A stretch of DNA of 63,959 bases, counting the filler, from Nemertoderma westbladi (Eukaryota; Animalia; Xenacoelomorpha), in assembly GCA_032718475.1 (NCBI GenBank). It is 3 parts of 3 records of this genome, joined end to end, with 100 filler letters (N's around TTAATTAATTAA, not from the genome) between each part and the next. Parts side by side here need not be neighbours in the genome. Positions count along the whole stretch, not along the records: positions 1 to 28,074 come from JAUCBJ010005211.1; 2 more parts are not named here. One strand, written 5' to 3'. Within the stretch, counting starts at the first letter, position 1. Each line of letters begins with the position of its first letter. Both the position numbers and the translations under genes were made by a program. Positions 12,804-25,869 of the stretch are shown here, piece after piece. The notes under the pieces are model-generated. The model saw only the letters and a program-made list of their open reading frames with translations, did no database searches and was not told the origin of the DNA.

Positions 12804-14177
12804 ATGAGTAAACCAATGGCTAAACCCGAACAAGATCAACTGGGAGAGGAACTGGAAGTGGAACTGGCACATGTTGGTTCCGTATCTGATAAGCAGCCGA
12901 TATGTGGCGAGCCAACACAGTCCTTCTCGAAGAGACTGATACTGTTAGGAGTGATGTTGGTGACCCTCCAAGTAACGCCGGGGTGGTGTGTAACTCTGCT
13001 AGAATCATTCTTTCCACTCGTGGTCCAACCTCGGAACTGGCCTAACTCTCTAATAGGAGCCCTATTTACTATTTTCTCAGTAGCCAGAATCATTATCTAT
13101 ATATTCTTCACACACAAGATTAACAGTTGGGGGACCCGGATATCTGTTGGGTTACTCGGAACATTTGGCGCTGCCTCACTTCTCTGTTTCGGGTTCGTCC
13201 AATACGTCACCAACAACATTGGCTACATTATTCTATGCTTCACTCTCAGAGTATTCGAAGCAATAGGCCTCAATATCGGCTGCATCTACGGTTACAGTCT
13301 ACTAATGGATTTGTTTCCAAAACATAGGACTTTGGTTACCGGCCTATCAGTTATTGCTTCTAGTCTAGGCAACGCTATTGGACCGACAGTTGGTGCTTTG
13401 TCCTACGCTAACATCGGTTTCCAAGCAACGTTTATCATACCTGGGGTGTTGTTCGGCCTACTTAGCCTCTACTGTTGTTTGGAATCACAACCCAGTCTAC
13501 TCGATAGAAGCAGTTCAAACGAAAACAGACCGACTTATTGGAGTCTATATAAAAATTTTGGAATTTCCATTCTGGCTATCCTCCAATCTTATATTAAAGG
13601 ATGCTCTATGTTTTATACGTCGAATTACGCTTTACACCTGTTCCGTGTTTTCCGCAAAAATCAGAACCAAATCGGTGGTATTTTTGCGATTTATCCTGTA
13701 GTTTCATCTGTGGTCGGATTATCAGCCACTTTTGTGATGCAGAAATACCCCCGACTTAACCCAATATACCCTACCGCTCTGGGTTATGTATTGACTCCGG
13801 TTGCTATGCAACTACTGGGTCCCACCAATGGTAACGAAGAATTGTCAGAATTTGTGTTATCGCTTATGGGATGTTTTCTCATTGGTCTAGCCAGCGGATT
13901 GACACGCAACCCGGGTCTAGAGATGCAGACACGGATCGCACTGGGTCCAGGGGGTTGCCCAGACAACGTAGACACTAGGACTCTACTACAGACGGGCTTC
14001 AAGATTACCTTCTCCATAGGGAACATTGGGGGACCTATCTTTGGTGGTCTTCTCACCGACTATTACGGTTTCCCTGTTACCAGCTGTATTTTCAGTCTGT
14101 TCGGCCTGCCAATTATTGTAACACTCTTAATTCATATGGCAGTAGATAAAGTAAAGGGTTGGAATATTTATTTCTAA
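12804..14177 (+). CDS. Intronless MFS transporter, SLC18B1-like
   Basis: Uninterrupted ORF of ~457 aa from the first ATG, with ~12 hydrophobic segments. MFS-like motifs include LRVFEAIG, LGNAIGPTVG and IGNIGGPIFGGLLTDYYGF. The subfamily call is tentative. Confidence 0.85.
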   Translation: MSKPMAKPEQDQLGEELEVELAHVGSVSDKQPICGEPTQSFSKRLILLGVMLVTLQVTPGWCVTLLESFFPLVVQPRNWPNSLIGALFTIFSVARIIIYIFFTHKINSWGTRISVGLLGTFGAASLLCFGFVQYVTNNIGYIILCFTLRVFEAIGLNIGCIYGYSLLMDLFPKHRTLVTGLSVIASSLGNAIGPTVGALSYANIGFQATFIIPGVLFGLLSLYCCLESQPSLLDRSSSNENRPTYWSLYKNFGISILAILQSYIKGCSMFYTSNYALHLFRVFRKNQNQIGGIFAIYPVVSSVVGLSATFVMQKYPRLNPIYPTALGYVLTPVAMQLLGPTNGNEELSEFVLSLMGCFLIGLASGLTRNPGLEMQTRIALGPGGCPDNVDTRTLLQTGFKITFSIGNIGGPIFGGLLTDYYGFPVTSCIFSLFGLPIIVTLLIHMAVDKVKGWNIYF

Positions 14178-15100
14178 TGAACAATATTAACATAAATTGA
14201 CAAAATTATTTATTACTTGGGCAATAATTCGAACTATTTTTTTTACATTCTCGAAGCATTCTATTTACCGAGCGCGCCGGCCGGCGAGGTTAATAAAGTG
14301 CCGAGAGAATATCGAACAAAAAGTTCTAAGTTTTTTCCCTGGTAAAAAGTTATATTAATCTTAAATTGTAGATAGAGCAATAAAAGATAGCGCAATAGAG
14401 TTTTACAAAATAAATTGAACTGTAGTATTTTATTCCAAAATTGTAACATTACTCAATGTCGTTAGTATTAACAGCGAGTTGTTATTTAGCACTTTACAAC
14501 TTTAGAGGACATTCCAGTATTGTATAGCCGTCTACATTTTGTATTGTATTTGGTGTATTATTATTTATGTAATGTCCCGACGGCGAGCTGTAAAGTTACG
14601 CTGTCATGGTTACCACATAGACTAACTACCATATAATATCACATACTACCATATACTACAATACTACCATATACCACATAAACTATATAATTGCCGGACA
14701 GCCATATTGGCTTCTTACTGCATTACCTGCCGGTAGCTATTAATAACCGGTAGCTATAAACTATTAACATGGCTCCAAACGCCACCATAAATATAAGCTA
14801 ACTTTTTTATAACATAATTATATTTATTTGTGTGGAATTAATTTCGCACTACCAAATCGCCAAGGCGACATATTTTCTATCTTTATATCGCAGTGCGACA
14901 TTATTTCTCAGTATGTCCCTACGCCATACATTTTACTATGTATTTCCAGTATATCGAGTATGTCACCGCGGCATTGATAGGTTGTTCTAGAATGTTTTAG
15001 TGCATAACTACAAATAATTCCCCAGAAATAAATAAAATTAGATTTGTCATTGTGGCTGCCGGACTAATAGTTCACAATTTTATGAACAATGACGTATATA

Positions 15101-16026
15101 CACCATGTCCCGTAATATAGTGTCATTTCCTGATGATACGGACGCCCCACCCCCCCCCCCCCCCCCCCCTTCCCCAGATTTCTCTACAAATCTTTATCAT
15201 ATGTTTTGAAATTTGAAACACAACTATAATTCCACTCACCGTCGTTGACCCCATGAAGTCGGAATTTTCGATTTTGCCTTTAATTTTTTTTTATAAGCGT
15301 TTTAAAAAGTTTCTTTTGCGAAATCGCACCCTCCGTATCGTGGCCATTCTTCACATTAGTCGTATTTTTTTCATAACATTAAACAGCTTACGTTGCAAGG
15401 ATTCCAAATATGTAACAATATTTGAATTTCGTTGGGAAACAGCTGAGATATAGGCGTTCAAATATTGCAAGAAGGGTCATTCGCTGTAGGCCATTTATTT
15501 TATCAAATAAATACACAAACTTGTAGAATGTGTTATTTATTTTATGAGTTGGTTGGCAACAGGGTATTCCTATCCAATAGATATATTGTGTAGCTATTCA
15601 TACATAAACAAAATGTTCCAGAACATTGTGTGTTTATTAATTAGAATAAATGGCCTTCAACGAACAATAATTCTTGCAATCTTTGAACTCCTATATCTCA
15701 TTTGTTTCTCAACGAAATTCAACCATTGTTACATATTTGGAATACTTGGAACGAAAGCTTTCTAATGATATGAAAAAATTACGACTAATTTTAAGAATGG
15801 CCATGATACGGAGGGTGCTATTTCGCAAAATACACTTTTTTAAAACGCATATAAAAAAAATTAAAGACAAAATCGAAAATTCCGACTTTATGGGGTCAAC
15901 AACGGTGAGTGGAACTAGTTGTGTTTCAAACTTCAAGCAATATGATAAAGATTTGTCTAAAAATCTGGGGGGGGGGGGGGGGGGTCCGTGTCATCAGAAA
16001 ATGACACTATATTACGGGTCGTGGTG
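15101..16026. mobile_element. Foldback MITE with ~400-bp inverted arms (Tc1/mariner-like, TA-flanked)
   Basis: 15101-15520 is the imperfect reverse complement of 15630-16026. Termini TA|caccatgtccc and gggtcgtggtg|TA. Confidence 0.85.
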
Positions 16027-17957
16027 TAATATAATATATACAATCATTTCGTAATGTTACAATTTTGGAATAAAACTACATACATACTTGTTGCAAAGTA
16101 CTTTACAATGTTCTGATCCTCGTGGCTTTATTTTCACTCACTCACTAACGTTCGTTCGTGTAACAAAGCACTCAGATCATCACACTGTAAAGTGCTACTT
16201 TATACACAAGTATGTAAATAGTTATTGCTATATGGATTCCATAGTTACTGCGAGTCCAATTATTGAACTCGTCAACTCCCGATGCTGCGTTACTCAATGT
16301 TAAATAATTTAGAGTTTTTTTTAGTGTTATAATTTAATATTTATTACGTAACTAAAAGTAATTATAATTAAATAATAAAATAATTATTAAATAGTGTATT
16401 TATTATTCATTTGGTGTGTTTTTGTATTGAGTTAAAGAATCCACTATTTGAAATTCTTACATGGCGGAAATTGATTCAAAACAAGTTAATTCATTATTCT
16501 AGAATAATATTTATTTATCTCAAACAGTACAGTTGTTAGCTATAAAAACAAATCGCAATTTTTAGTTAAATTAGAAATCCCGTAGCTTTTTTATAAAGCA
16601 AACAAAAAATACACATTTTATATTAGATTGTGGATCGAAATGGGACGTGGTTCGCCATGTGCGACTATATAGAATTCATAGATAACGGCACCACATGCTG
16701 TAGTCAACTCAACTTTTGAAATAATATTAATTTCATTGCTTACTCGGCAAATATCTTTGGTGTTCGTGGTACCACAATATTTACTACTGCTGTTCCATCT
16801 GCGTTGAGTACATCATATAGGCGTTGTCTTTGAAAGATTTGCTTTACTCCTTTATTTATTTTTTTTTTCAAATACTGAACCGCGCAATATGTTTAGGGGA
16901 TTTCTTGATTCGAAAATGTTTCACTTTTGGTATATTTTAGAAGATTGTGACCCTGATTCTGGTAGACTCCTAACCTTACCAAATAATTAGCAGGTGTGTA
17001 ATTGGTAACAGGCACAGGGTAGAAAGTGAAGGTATCGTACTTGTGTACACATAACAATTTTTACCATAGATTCCATGGCAACAACGCAATTATAAAATTT
17101 CTAGAATCACTTCGAACATTGATCGTAATCAACCTTATAAGAAGTGATTGAGAATATATAAAATTTAAGTCACATAATAATGTTATTTAAATGTAAAAAG
17201 CGACTTGAACACAATGATACAGGAAACAGGTAGATTATAATACACATTAAAGTAAACATAATACCCATCTGTGTAAGCGGATTCAATTCCCTGCACTACC
17301 CAGCGGAAAATAGGGAAAGTGGCTTTTTACCAATTATAGTTGGCTAGGTGACATTAGTAATATAATGTCACCTAACAACCAACGTAGGCAATACTCATTG
17401 CCAGCCACAATCAGAGTTGATAGGCCATAAACCATCTCAAGGGGACAAAGGGTCTAGCAAGTGGGGATAATGGCAGCAAGGAGATATTAATACTGTAGGA
17501 TAGCCAATGATGGGACAGAATACCATCTGATTGGAGTGCATTCATTGGCCAGGCCATGTAGAGCAGTAGGAATATTCAATATGTGTTGGTAATATAACCA
17601 TTGCATTTATTGCTTGTAATTCAGTTGGTATTTGTAGAGCTGTGGGACCAGGACGGTTTTAACCCTCGTCATTAACCGTGCTATTATTATATTCTGATTG
17701 TGCTATTATTATATTCTGACATTACGAACAACTGCCGCTAAAACTCAATTGGTTTTTATTCAACCGGCCTTCGGCCTTACAGATTCAGATATAAGCCTTT
17801 CAGCAGCCTACGGACGCGGCGACGCGTATAGCCCGATAAGCGAACACATCCGGTTGGGATTCCCTCGCCAACTCAGAAATCCCTTCACAGTTAAAACCTC
17901 GAGTCAACACCCATTCAAACTCAAAGAAACTGTAACAACAGCCAACGACACATAACG

Positions 17958-20900
17958 ATGAGCAAACAACAGTCGCCCCAAGGTCCAGAGGGAGAAGCGA
18001 GCCCGCTGCGTACTCCAAGCGATAGAGATCAATGGATCCAGGAGGCAGCGACAAGGCTGCACCGGCCCGCCACACCGGATTCGGTGCAGAGAGAGGAATC
18101 GGAGGTCGAAGAGGACAGTGGCCGAGTATGAGGGGAAGAGGGACGCGAGTCAGCGCGAGATCAGAGGGGCGAACGAGGTACCAGTGTCGCCGGCCAACCA
18201 GTGGCCGAGGTTGGCGAGCGGCCCACCGGAACAGCAATGGTGGGGCCGACGGGCCGACGGACTGTTCGAATTGTGGCGATCCGAGGTAATACCACCTCGT
18301 ATAGTGTACGTAGGGCCCTATCTAGTAGATGCATGGGGGATTAAGATAGTGGGATGGGCGGATCCGCACGACGCCAAACCCGAGGTTAACCCCGAAGATT
18401 CGGTCTCATCGGTTAGTAGAAATGTTAGCAAGCACGGCAAAATTAGTAGAACGAACATGCGACGGGACTCCGTCGCAACTGAAAAGTCCGCTCCATCCTC
18501 CGCAAAAGCAAGAATGGTGTTAGAGATAGATCTGGCGTGTCAGCTAGACATGGTCGCATTAGATCAAAAGGAACTAAAGAGACAGCTGGATGAGGGGACT
18601 GCATTGCTGGAAATGGAAAGGGAACTAGCGAGAGAGTGTAAAGAAAGGGCCAAGAAAGTGGCGAAAATATTTAGAGAGCGTGAGGAGAGAGAAGAGAGTG
18701 AGCGTGAGGAGCGGGAGGCGAGAGAAGAGAACGAGCGCAAAGAGCGGGAAGCAAGGAAAGCTGCGTTGATTGAGAGAGAAGTGAACGAGCGCAGAGAGCA
18801 GGAGGCGAGGGAGGCAGAGTTAGCTGATCAGAGTGTTAGAGAGGACAGAGAGAGAGAGAGGGGGCGGGTAAACGAATGAGGGATGATATGCATACCCTGT
18901 TGAGGGGGTTGATGCAGTATCAGGCGAAGCAAAAATGCCGATTAGAACTGGCGAAAATGGGTTTATCAGAGAGCGAAGCTGGTTCGGGAAGTATTTATGA
19001 GGAACCAGGGGTGATTGAAACCTTTGTTAATACCCCACTTATAGGTACCGGATGACAGTCCCAGAACTGGTGTGACCGGATGGATGGGGGGGGGGGGGGG
19101 GGGTAATGACAATACGTTCAATGAGAACGTTAATATTAATAATACCGTAGTAGATAACCCTAATAATAATGAAACATTTCTTGCAGGAAATAATGTTTTA
19201 ATAAATAATAATAATGTAAATATTGCTGCGCTGGACAACCAAAATAATTTAAATAATAATGCGAGTAGTGGTACAGTAAATAACAATATTATGAATAATC
19301 CTGGTGGAATTAATCAAAATAATCCAAGTAATAATATAACAAATCATCAGAGTGAGGCTAGTGGCAGTATAATTAGTAAAAACGTTGGGGAAATAGGTAA
19401 TTCGCCTAGTGGGGGCCTACAAGGCTCCGCGGTTGCGCAGGGAGAAACACAGGCGAATGAACCCAGGGAGAACAGAAGTAAGGTGTCGACTGGAGGGGAA
19501 CATGGGCAGGGGGGGGCGGAAGGGGCGAAGTGAGAAGTGACAGGTGGGGGGGGGGGGGGGGGGGGGTAGGGGCTACGGGCATCCCACTGCAACGAGTTAG
19601 AGACGAAAGGGGCGGAGTGAGAAGTGACGGGTGGGGGGGGGGGTTGCTATGGGCACCCCACCGCAACCAGTTAGAGGCGAAAAGGGCAAAGTGAGAAGTA
19701 ACGGGTGGGGTAGGTGCTATGAGCAGAGCACCCCACCACAACCAGTTAGTGACGAAAAAGGGGGGGGGGGGTGGGGGCAGTAAATGCCCCACAGATGTCA
19801 ACAGGAAATGCGTGTGGTGATTCAAGTGAACCGGGGCTCCCAACGATGAAGGAGAATAGAGGGGGGGGGCAACAGATGCCCCACGAGCGTTGGCGAGAAA
19901 TGCACGTGGTGGCTTAAGTGAACCATGGCAGCCGATGATGAAGGATAGTAGAAGGGCAACGAATATCCGCGAGGCCGTACAACCTGGGCAGAGGGAGGGA
20001 CATTGATGCCGTAAGTGGCCAAACGAGAAAACGTCGAGCCCACTCGGAAGACGGAAGGAGAACAGTAGAGTTCATCCAGGAGGTCGATACAAGACCTCAT
20101 GAATGTGGATATGACGCCGAAACCAGAGGAGGTAAGGAGGAACGAGGAAATGTAGCTACGGGCAACCAGAGACGTCGAGACAGGACTGACAGCGAACCGT
20201 CGATAGTTTAACTAGAGGGGGAGAGCCAGTGGGGTCGTACTTCGGGAGATTGCCGTTGCCCCAGAGAAACACAACCTGGCGAAATATACCACACACCAGG
20301 TGAGGGGTACAGAGTGTACCGGTATGAGGATGAAGACAGAGGAAGGGAATGGAGGGAAACTTCGCGTTAGAACATAGATGCCGATCGACGATATGGTAGT
20401 CGCGGGGAGGAGATCTCTGAATATTTGAGAAGATTAAACTTCGATCTGGAGGAACACAGGCAGACTGCAGGACACACTGTAGGTCTTACTGCACATAATA
20501 TAGGCCATGCTGGGAGAGATAGTGTAGGCAATAGGGTAGAGCGAATGCCGGGATTGGACCCGGAGGTCGCGGCTTACATACTGGTGAGTAGGCAGGAACC
20601 TGCTAGGCCTATACCGGTACCTGCACACCAGTATGACTATAATATGCAGGGATATAACACATACCCAGGGGAAGGGGGGGGGTATTTCAGATTGGTGTAT
20701 GGGCCCCAACATAATGACATCCACCCCAGTGCCAAATATAACATCGGTGGGGGGGGGGGGGTGAGGGTGACATTCCCCCATTACTGCATTCGCAATACAT
20801 GCAACCAAAATTAAAAACCCCGACCCCCTCAGATCCAAATAGATCGTACGACACGGAGATATGGAGGTACCATTACCCCCGATGATATATCCCACTCAGG

Positions 20901-23900
20901 GAAAGTCTACGAACCCGAGAGGCGAAGCACAGTCAACATCAAAGGAGCCTGCATCAGTACCATCGAGAGCACTGGAAATTCAAGCAATGGAAATGGCAAC
21001 ACGCATCGACGCGCTGAAAACTAGAATAGAGCTGCCGCCAGTGGAGCCTTTTATGTTTGATGGTAGCAAGCCGGAAGAATCTCACACATCTAACACGGAA
21101 TCTCACACAGGCGGAGTGCCTTAAATATCTAGAAGTCTATACAGGGGGCCAGCCTATGACATCGTGAGGCAATACCAAGGAATTGAAGGAGGATTCACAA
21201 TGGCGTGGAGAGCCCTGGACAGGGAATTTAGCCATCCTGTGAAGATTATCCGACAAACCTTAAGGGGAATAACATCAGGCGGACTCGCAGATAACCCTGT
21301 TAGCATCAAGACCTTCGCAAACAAAGTAGAAAAGGCACTGATAGTCTTAAAGACCCTAGATGCGCCATACGAACTCAATGCATCGAACAACATTACGACC
21401 ATAGTGCAGTCACTACTGATTTGGTTAAGGAACAAATGGAGAAAGATCGCTTTCTCCACTTGAGAGAAAAAGGGTGCGGAGCCAGGGTTGGAGGAGATGT
21501 CAAACTTCCTTAACTATGAGGCGGAGTTGATAACGGATCCAGTCTATAGTGAGGACAGTCTAGGCAAAGTACCGAAAACGGAATACAGCCAACCTAAACC
21601 GGAACATAGTGCAGCGAATGCACTTCCGAAGGTAAGGCAGTCACTACCATATGCGGCCACACAGGGGACTACAAGTCCACAGAGAGCTGGGAGTAGAGCC
21701 ACGTTGAGTAAAGTAACAACACCAATAGATACAAACCCAATACCCCCAGTAGGCCGAGTCCAAGCAACCAAAACACCAAACCGCTAGATATGAATCTAAG
21801 CGCAATACGTCAAGCGCTATATAAGGAACGCTACAATCCTGAATACAAATGTCAATTGCATAGGGTCGGTACACATAAGACCATAAACTGCAAACATTGG
21901 CATGCGTTACTTAAACAAGATCGGATAGCCTACACTGGTAAGAATGGACTATGTCATCGATGTGCAGTAGGAGGACACAGAAAGGATGAATGTCAAGAAC
22001 CACCAATCAAGACTGATGGAACTGGAGGCCAGATGATTGTGACGAGCATCATGGGAGCAAGGAGGAAGGGAACGGTACTACTCGGAGTAGTACCAGTGAG
22101 AATAATAGGAGAGAACAGGCTATCAGTTACAATGCTAATGTTGGCCAAATAATAGAGTCGATCAACATCAACGCCAGGCAAACTACAAAGATCGAGATCG
22201 AGCAATACTGGTATCTGGACGGCATCGACTTCTCCGTACCCGAACTGGATATCCTGAAAGTGTCTCTCATGGTCATGGACTGTCCAACGGCCCATGAAAG
22301 ACTACAGACTGTATTCAGCGATAAAGATAAAGAGCGAGACCCGGTGGCCATTCTCACGCCATTCGGATGGACACTCAGTGGGCCAATTAAAACGAGGATC
22401 CCGTTTTTGCATGTCCGAATCCTCAGGGTGCATGTTCACAGGGACGATAAGGGAGATGAAGGACGAAGGAGCGGAGGAGCAACTCAAGAGGCAGCTACGG
22501 CAGGACTTCGAGAGGTTAAAGGAGACTGGGGTCAACCTTGGTGGAGGACAAGCAGGTGCAGGAGAGTGTCAGGAAGTTGATGAAGTGCGAAGGGGGGCGA
22601 TATACCATAGGGATGGTATGGAAGGAGCCGAAGGTGCCCCTACCAGACAACAAGAGGATGGTTATGACACTTCTAAAATTAAAGCAAAAGCTTAAGTGGA
22701 GCCCGGAGAAGAACGAGTATATCCATAAGACCATCAAGAAGTATGTGGATCGAGGATGGGCCGTGGAGCTACCAGTGGACAAGCCGAACACCGGCAGGAC
22801 TTAATATTTGCCACTTCATGTAGCCCTAGACCCTAAGAAGGGTAAGTTGAGGATGGTGGTAGATGCCTCTGCCAAGACGAATGGCAAGAGCCTAAATGAT
22901 TTCCTGCTAGAAGGCACCAATATTTACAACTCGGGGATAGAGGTTCTGTTAAGGTTTAGAAGTGGGAAACATGCCTTCACGTGCAATATAGAGGGCATGT
23001 TTAACCAAGTGCGGGTGACTGAGGAGGATAGCGATAGCCAACGCTTCCTGTGGTACAATGGCGACGAAGAACTGTCGGAGATACCGATGTACAACATGGT
23101 AGTGCAGAATATGGGGGCCAAGTCATCCTCATTTACCACGACTACAGCCGTAAGAGACACAGTGGAGGGCAAAGAGGGGGAGTACAGTGATAAGGCGATC
23201 GATATGATTTGACGCGAGTTCTATGTGGATGATGGAATGGGTTCTGGAAACTCAGTTCAGGAGATCCTCGACACAGGGCACGAAGTTTGCGACATCCTGA
23301 AGAAGTCAGGATTCAACTTGACGAAATTCCAGTCTAACTCTAAAGAATTCATGGAAGCCATAGAGGATAAACAACCGGAGGTAAAACTAGATAAACCTAT
23401 GACAGTAAAGGAACAAATCATGGCGGACAAGAGAGTAGAATCGCAGCAGATGGCACTAGGGGTCGTATGAAACCGGGAGACAGACGAGTTGGAATATCAA
23501 CTGGATCAGGAGGGTGCTGGGATCCATACCAAGCGAGGCTATGTGTCATACATAGCAAGGATTTACGACCCCCTAGGTCTAGCATCCCCGTTGTTAGTCA
23601 CTGGGAAGCAAATACTCATAAAAGTCTACAAGACCAAAGATGACTGGGACGCAGAGGTCCCGATAGAGATAAATAAACAGTGGGAGAAATGGACAGGGAG
23701 CCTTGAAGAAATGGGGACTTATAGCATGCCACGTGTATACTTCGCGGATGGGGACATGAGCGAGTTAGAACTACATGTGTTCTCCGATGCATCCCTGGAA
23801 GCATATGGTACTGCGCTTTATTTGGTACAGCGGAAGGGGACTCATAAGCCCAGACTTGCGTTTAGTAAAGCGAGGTTGATGCCACCGGATTCAGCATCAG

Positions 23901-25437
23901 TGTCGAAACTCAAGCTAGTGGCTGCAAGACAGTGGCTGCAGTGAGAGCAACAGCGTACTTGGTGGACACGATACCAAGTATAGTAGAGATACACTACTGG
24001 ACAGATTCCGTGGTAGTACTGGGATGGTTGCATAACGAAAAGACACGTTATCCCATATTCGTGGCGAACAGAGTGGATGAGATAAGAGCAACATCGGACT
24101 TGGAGAAGTGGCACTACTGCTCAACTGACGACAATCCATCTGAAATGCTATCAAGGGTTATTGTACGCCACGCTTTCTCTAGGAAGCAGGAGTTGTGGCA
24201 GCATGGCCCGCACTTCCTGAATGATAGGTCGAAGTGGCCACCAATAAGGAAGGTAGATTCAAGTACAGAGGAAGTGATAGTGGAGGATGAGGGAGAGGAA
24301 TCGGAGGGTGAAGAAATATTTAGTCAGTTAGTTAAGGAGATTGAGGAGACGTCACCACGATCTAAGTCGATAGAGTCGTGCGAAAACCCAACAGATAGGC
24401 TGCTCAGTTACAGCTCCAGCTGGTATAAGACAAAGAAGCTAGTGGCATATCTGAGGGCCTATGGAGAATTCCTTAGGGGAGCTGGTAGAGACACCAAGAC
24501 AAAACCCACCATCGATCTGGAAGGAGCGGCTAAAGCCGTGATACGATACGAACAAAGGAAGAAATACGGAGACGAAGTAGACCGAATCAGGAAACGGCAG
24601 CATCTTTGTCAGGAAATTGAGCTCAACGCGCTGTCACTGCAACTGGATAAGTATGGGATCCTGGCCATGAACTCCAGGGTGGTGAACAACATTAGTGCCC
24701 TAATCCCACCGAAGCCAATAATAATCCCCAATAAGTCACCAATAATCCACTAGATCATATGGGACTCCCATAAGTCCATATTGCGTATTAGATGGGAAAG
24801 GAGGACACCATACGCACCACATACGCTGGGTTGCATAGAGCGCCTCATCGGAAGCTCCAAGCTGCTGATGACCAAACTCATGAATAATCACATGGTCACC
24901 GAGGATGTACTAAGGACAGTGCTGGCGAAGTGTGAGGGGATTATCAACAGCAGCCCGCTGTATCCCGAGAACGACGATCCAGAATCGCTGGATGTCCTAA
25001 CACCGGCACACCAGTTGATGGAGAGATCAGCGATGGTCGACATGCGAAACATCGACCCAGATGATACACATTCGCGTCAGAGCTGGAAGGTGGCTAAGGC
25101 GATAAGTGCAGAGTATTGGACAAGGTGTATCCAAGAGTACCTTCCAACACTGCACAAGAGGATCAAATGGAGGAATAACCAGAGGGAGCTTAGGAAGGGT
25201 GACTTGATGATTGTCACAGATGACATGATTATCAACAATCACTGGAGGTTGGCTAGGGTAGTTGATTGCTACCCCAGCGAGGACGGAAGGATTAGATCCA
25301 TGGAAGTGAGCATCGGAGGAAAGACAGGGGCCAAAGATAGGAAGACCTTCAGGAGGGCGGTAGGGAAGTGTTGCCTATTGGAGGGAACACCCTACCTAGT
25401 TGAGTCGTCCAATATATTGGACTGATGTGGGTGGGAA
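17958..25437 (+). mobile_element. Degraded BEL/Pao LTR retrotransposon, internal region
   Basis: Gag-like segment (ELPPVEPFMFDG..AWRALDREFSHP), knuckle CHRCAVGGHRKDEC, RT (LRMVVDASAK, FYVDD), RNase H ELHVFSDASLEAYG, integrase tail WRLARVVDCYPSEDGRIR, then a purine-rich tract. Many stops and frameshifts. No LTR pair was recognised. Confidence 0.93.
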
Positions 25438-25869
25438 TGAGGGCGAGACGCCCTTCCCACACACTAAATAAAAAATAATAATAATAAAAATAAAAATAAA
25501 AATAAGTAGTAAGTAGTAGTACCAAGGTACACTTTAGGTAGACATTATGTACGTCTGATGGGTACGTATGTACCAACATACATAATATTTAGGTGTAGGT
25601 AGTTACAATTACGTACATCGGATGGGTACAAAATGTACCAACGTACCTAGTTTACATATGCACCTCAAGCCGGGTCAATGGGACCAATATTAATACATAA
25701 TACGTACTACTGTGAGCACTGACGGTGCCACGTGAGGAGTTGAGGGGGGTATGTAAGCATACCATGGTAGAAGGGTACATAGTACCATAGTGAGGATTAG
25801 GATGGGTATACACTGCGTACGTCTGATGGGCACAATGTGCCAATGTACGTAATAAATACCAGAATAAGC

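Noticed and set aside
17270-17800. Possible 5' LTR and primer-binding site of the BEL element
   Set aside because: No matching repeat was found after the purine tract at ~25437, so boundaries cannot be supported.
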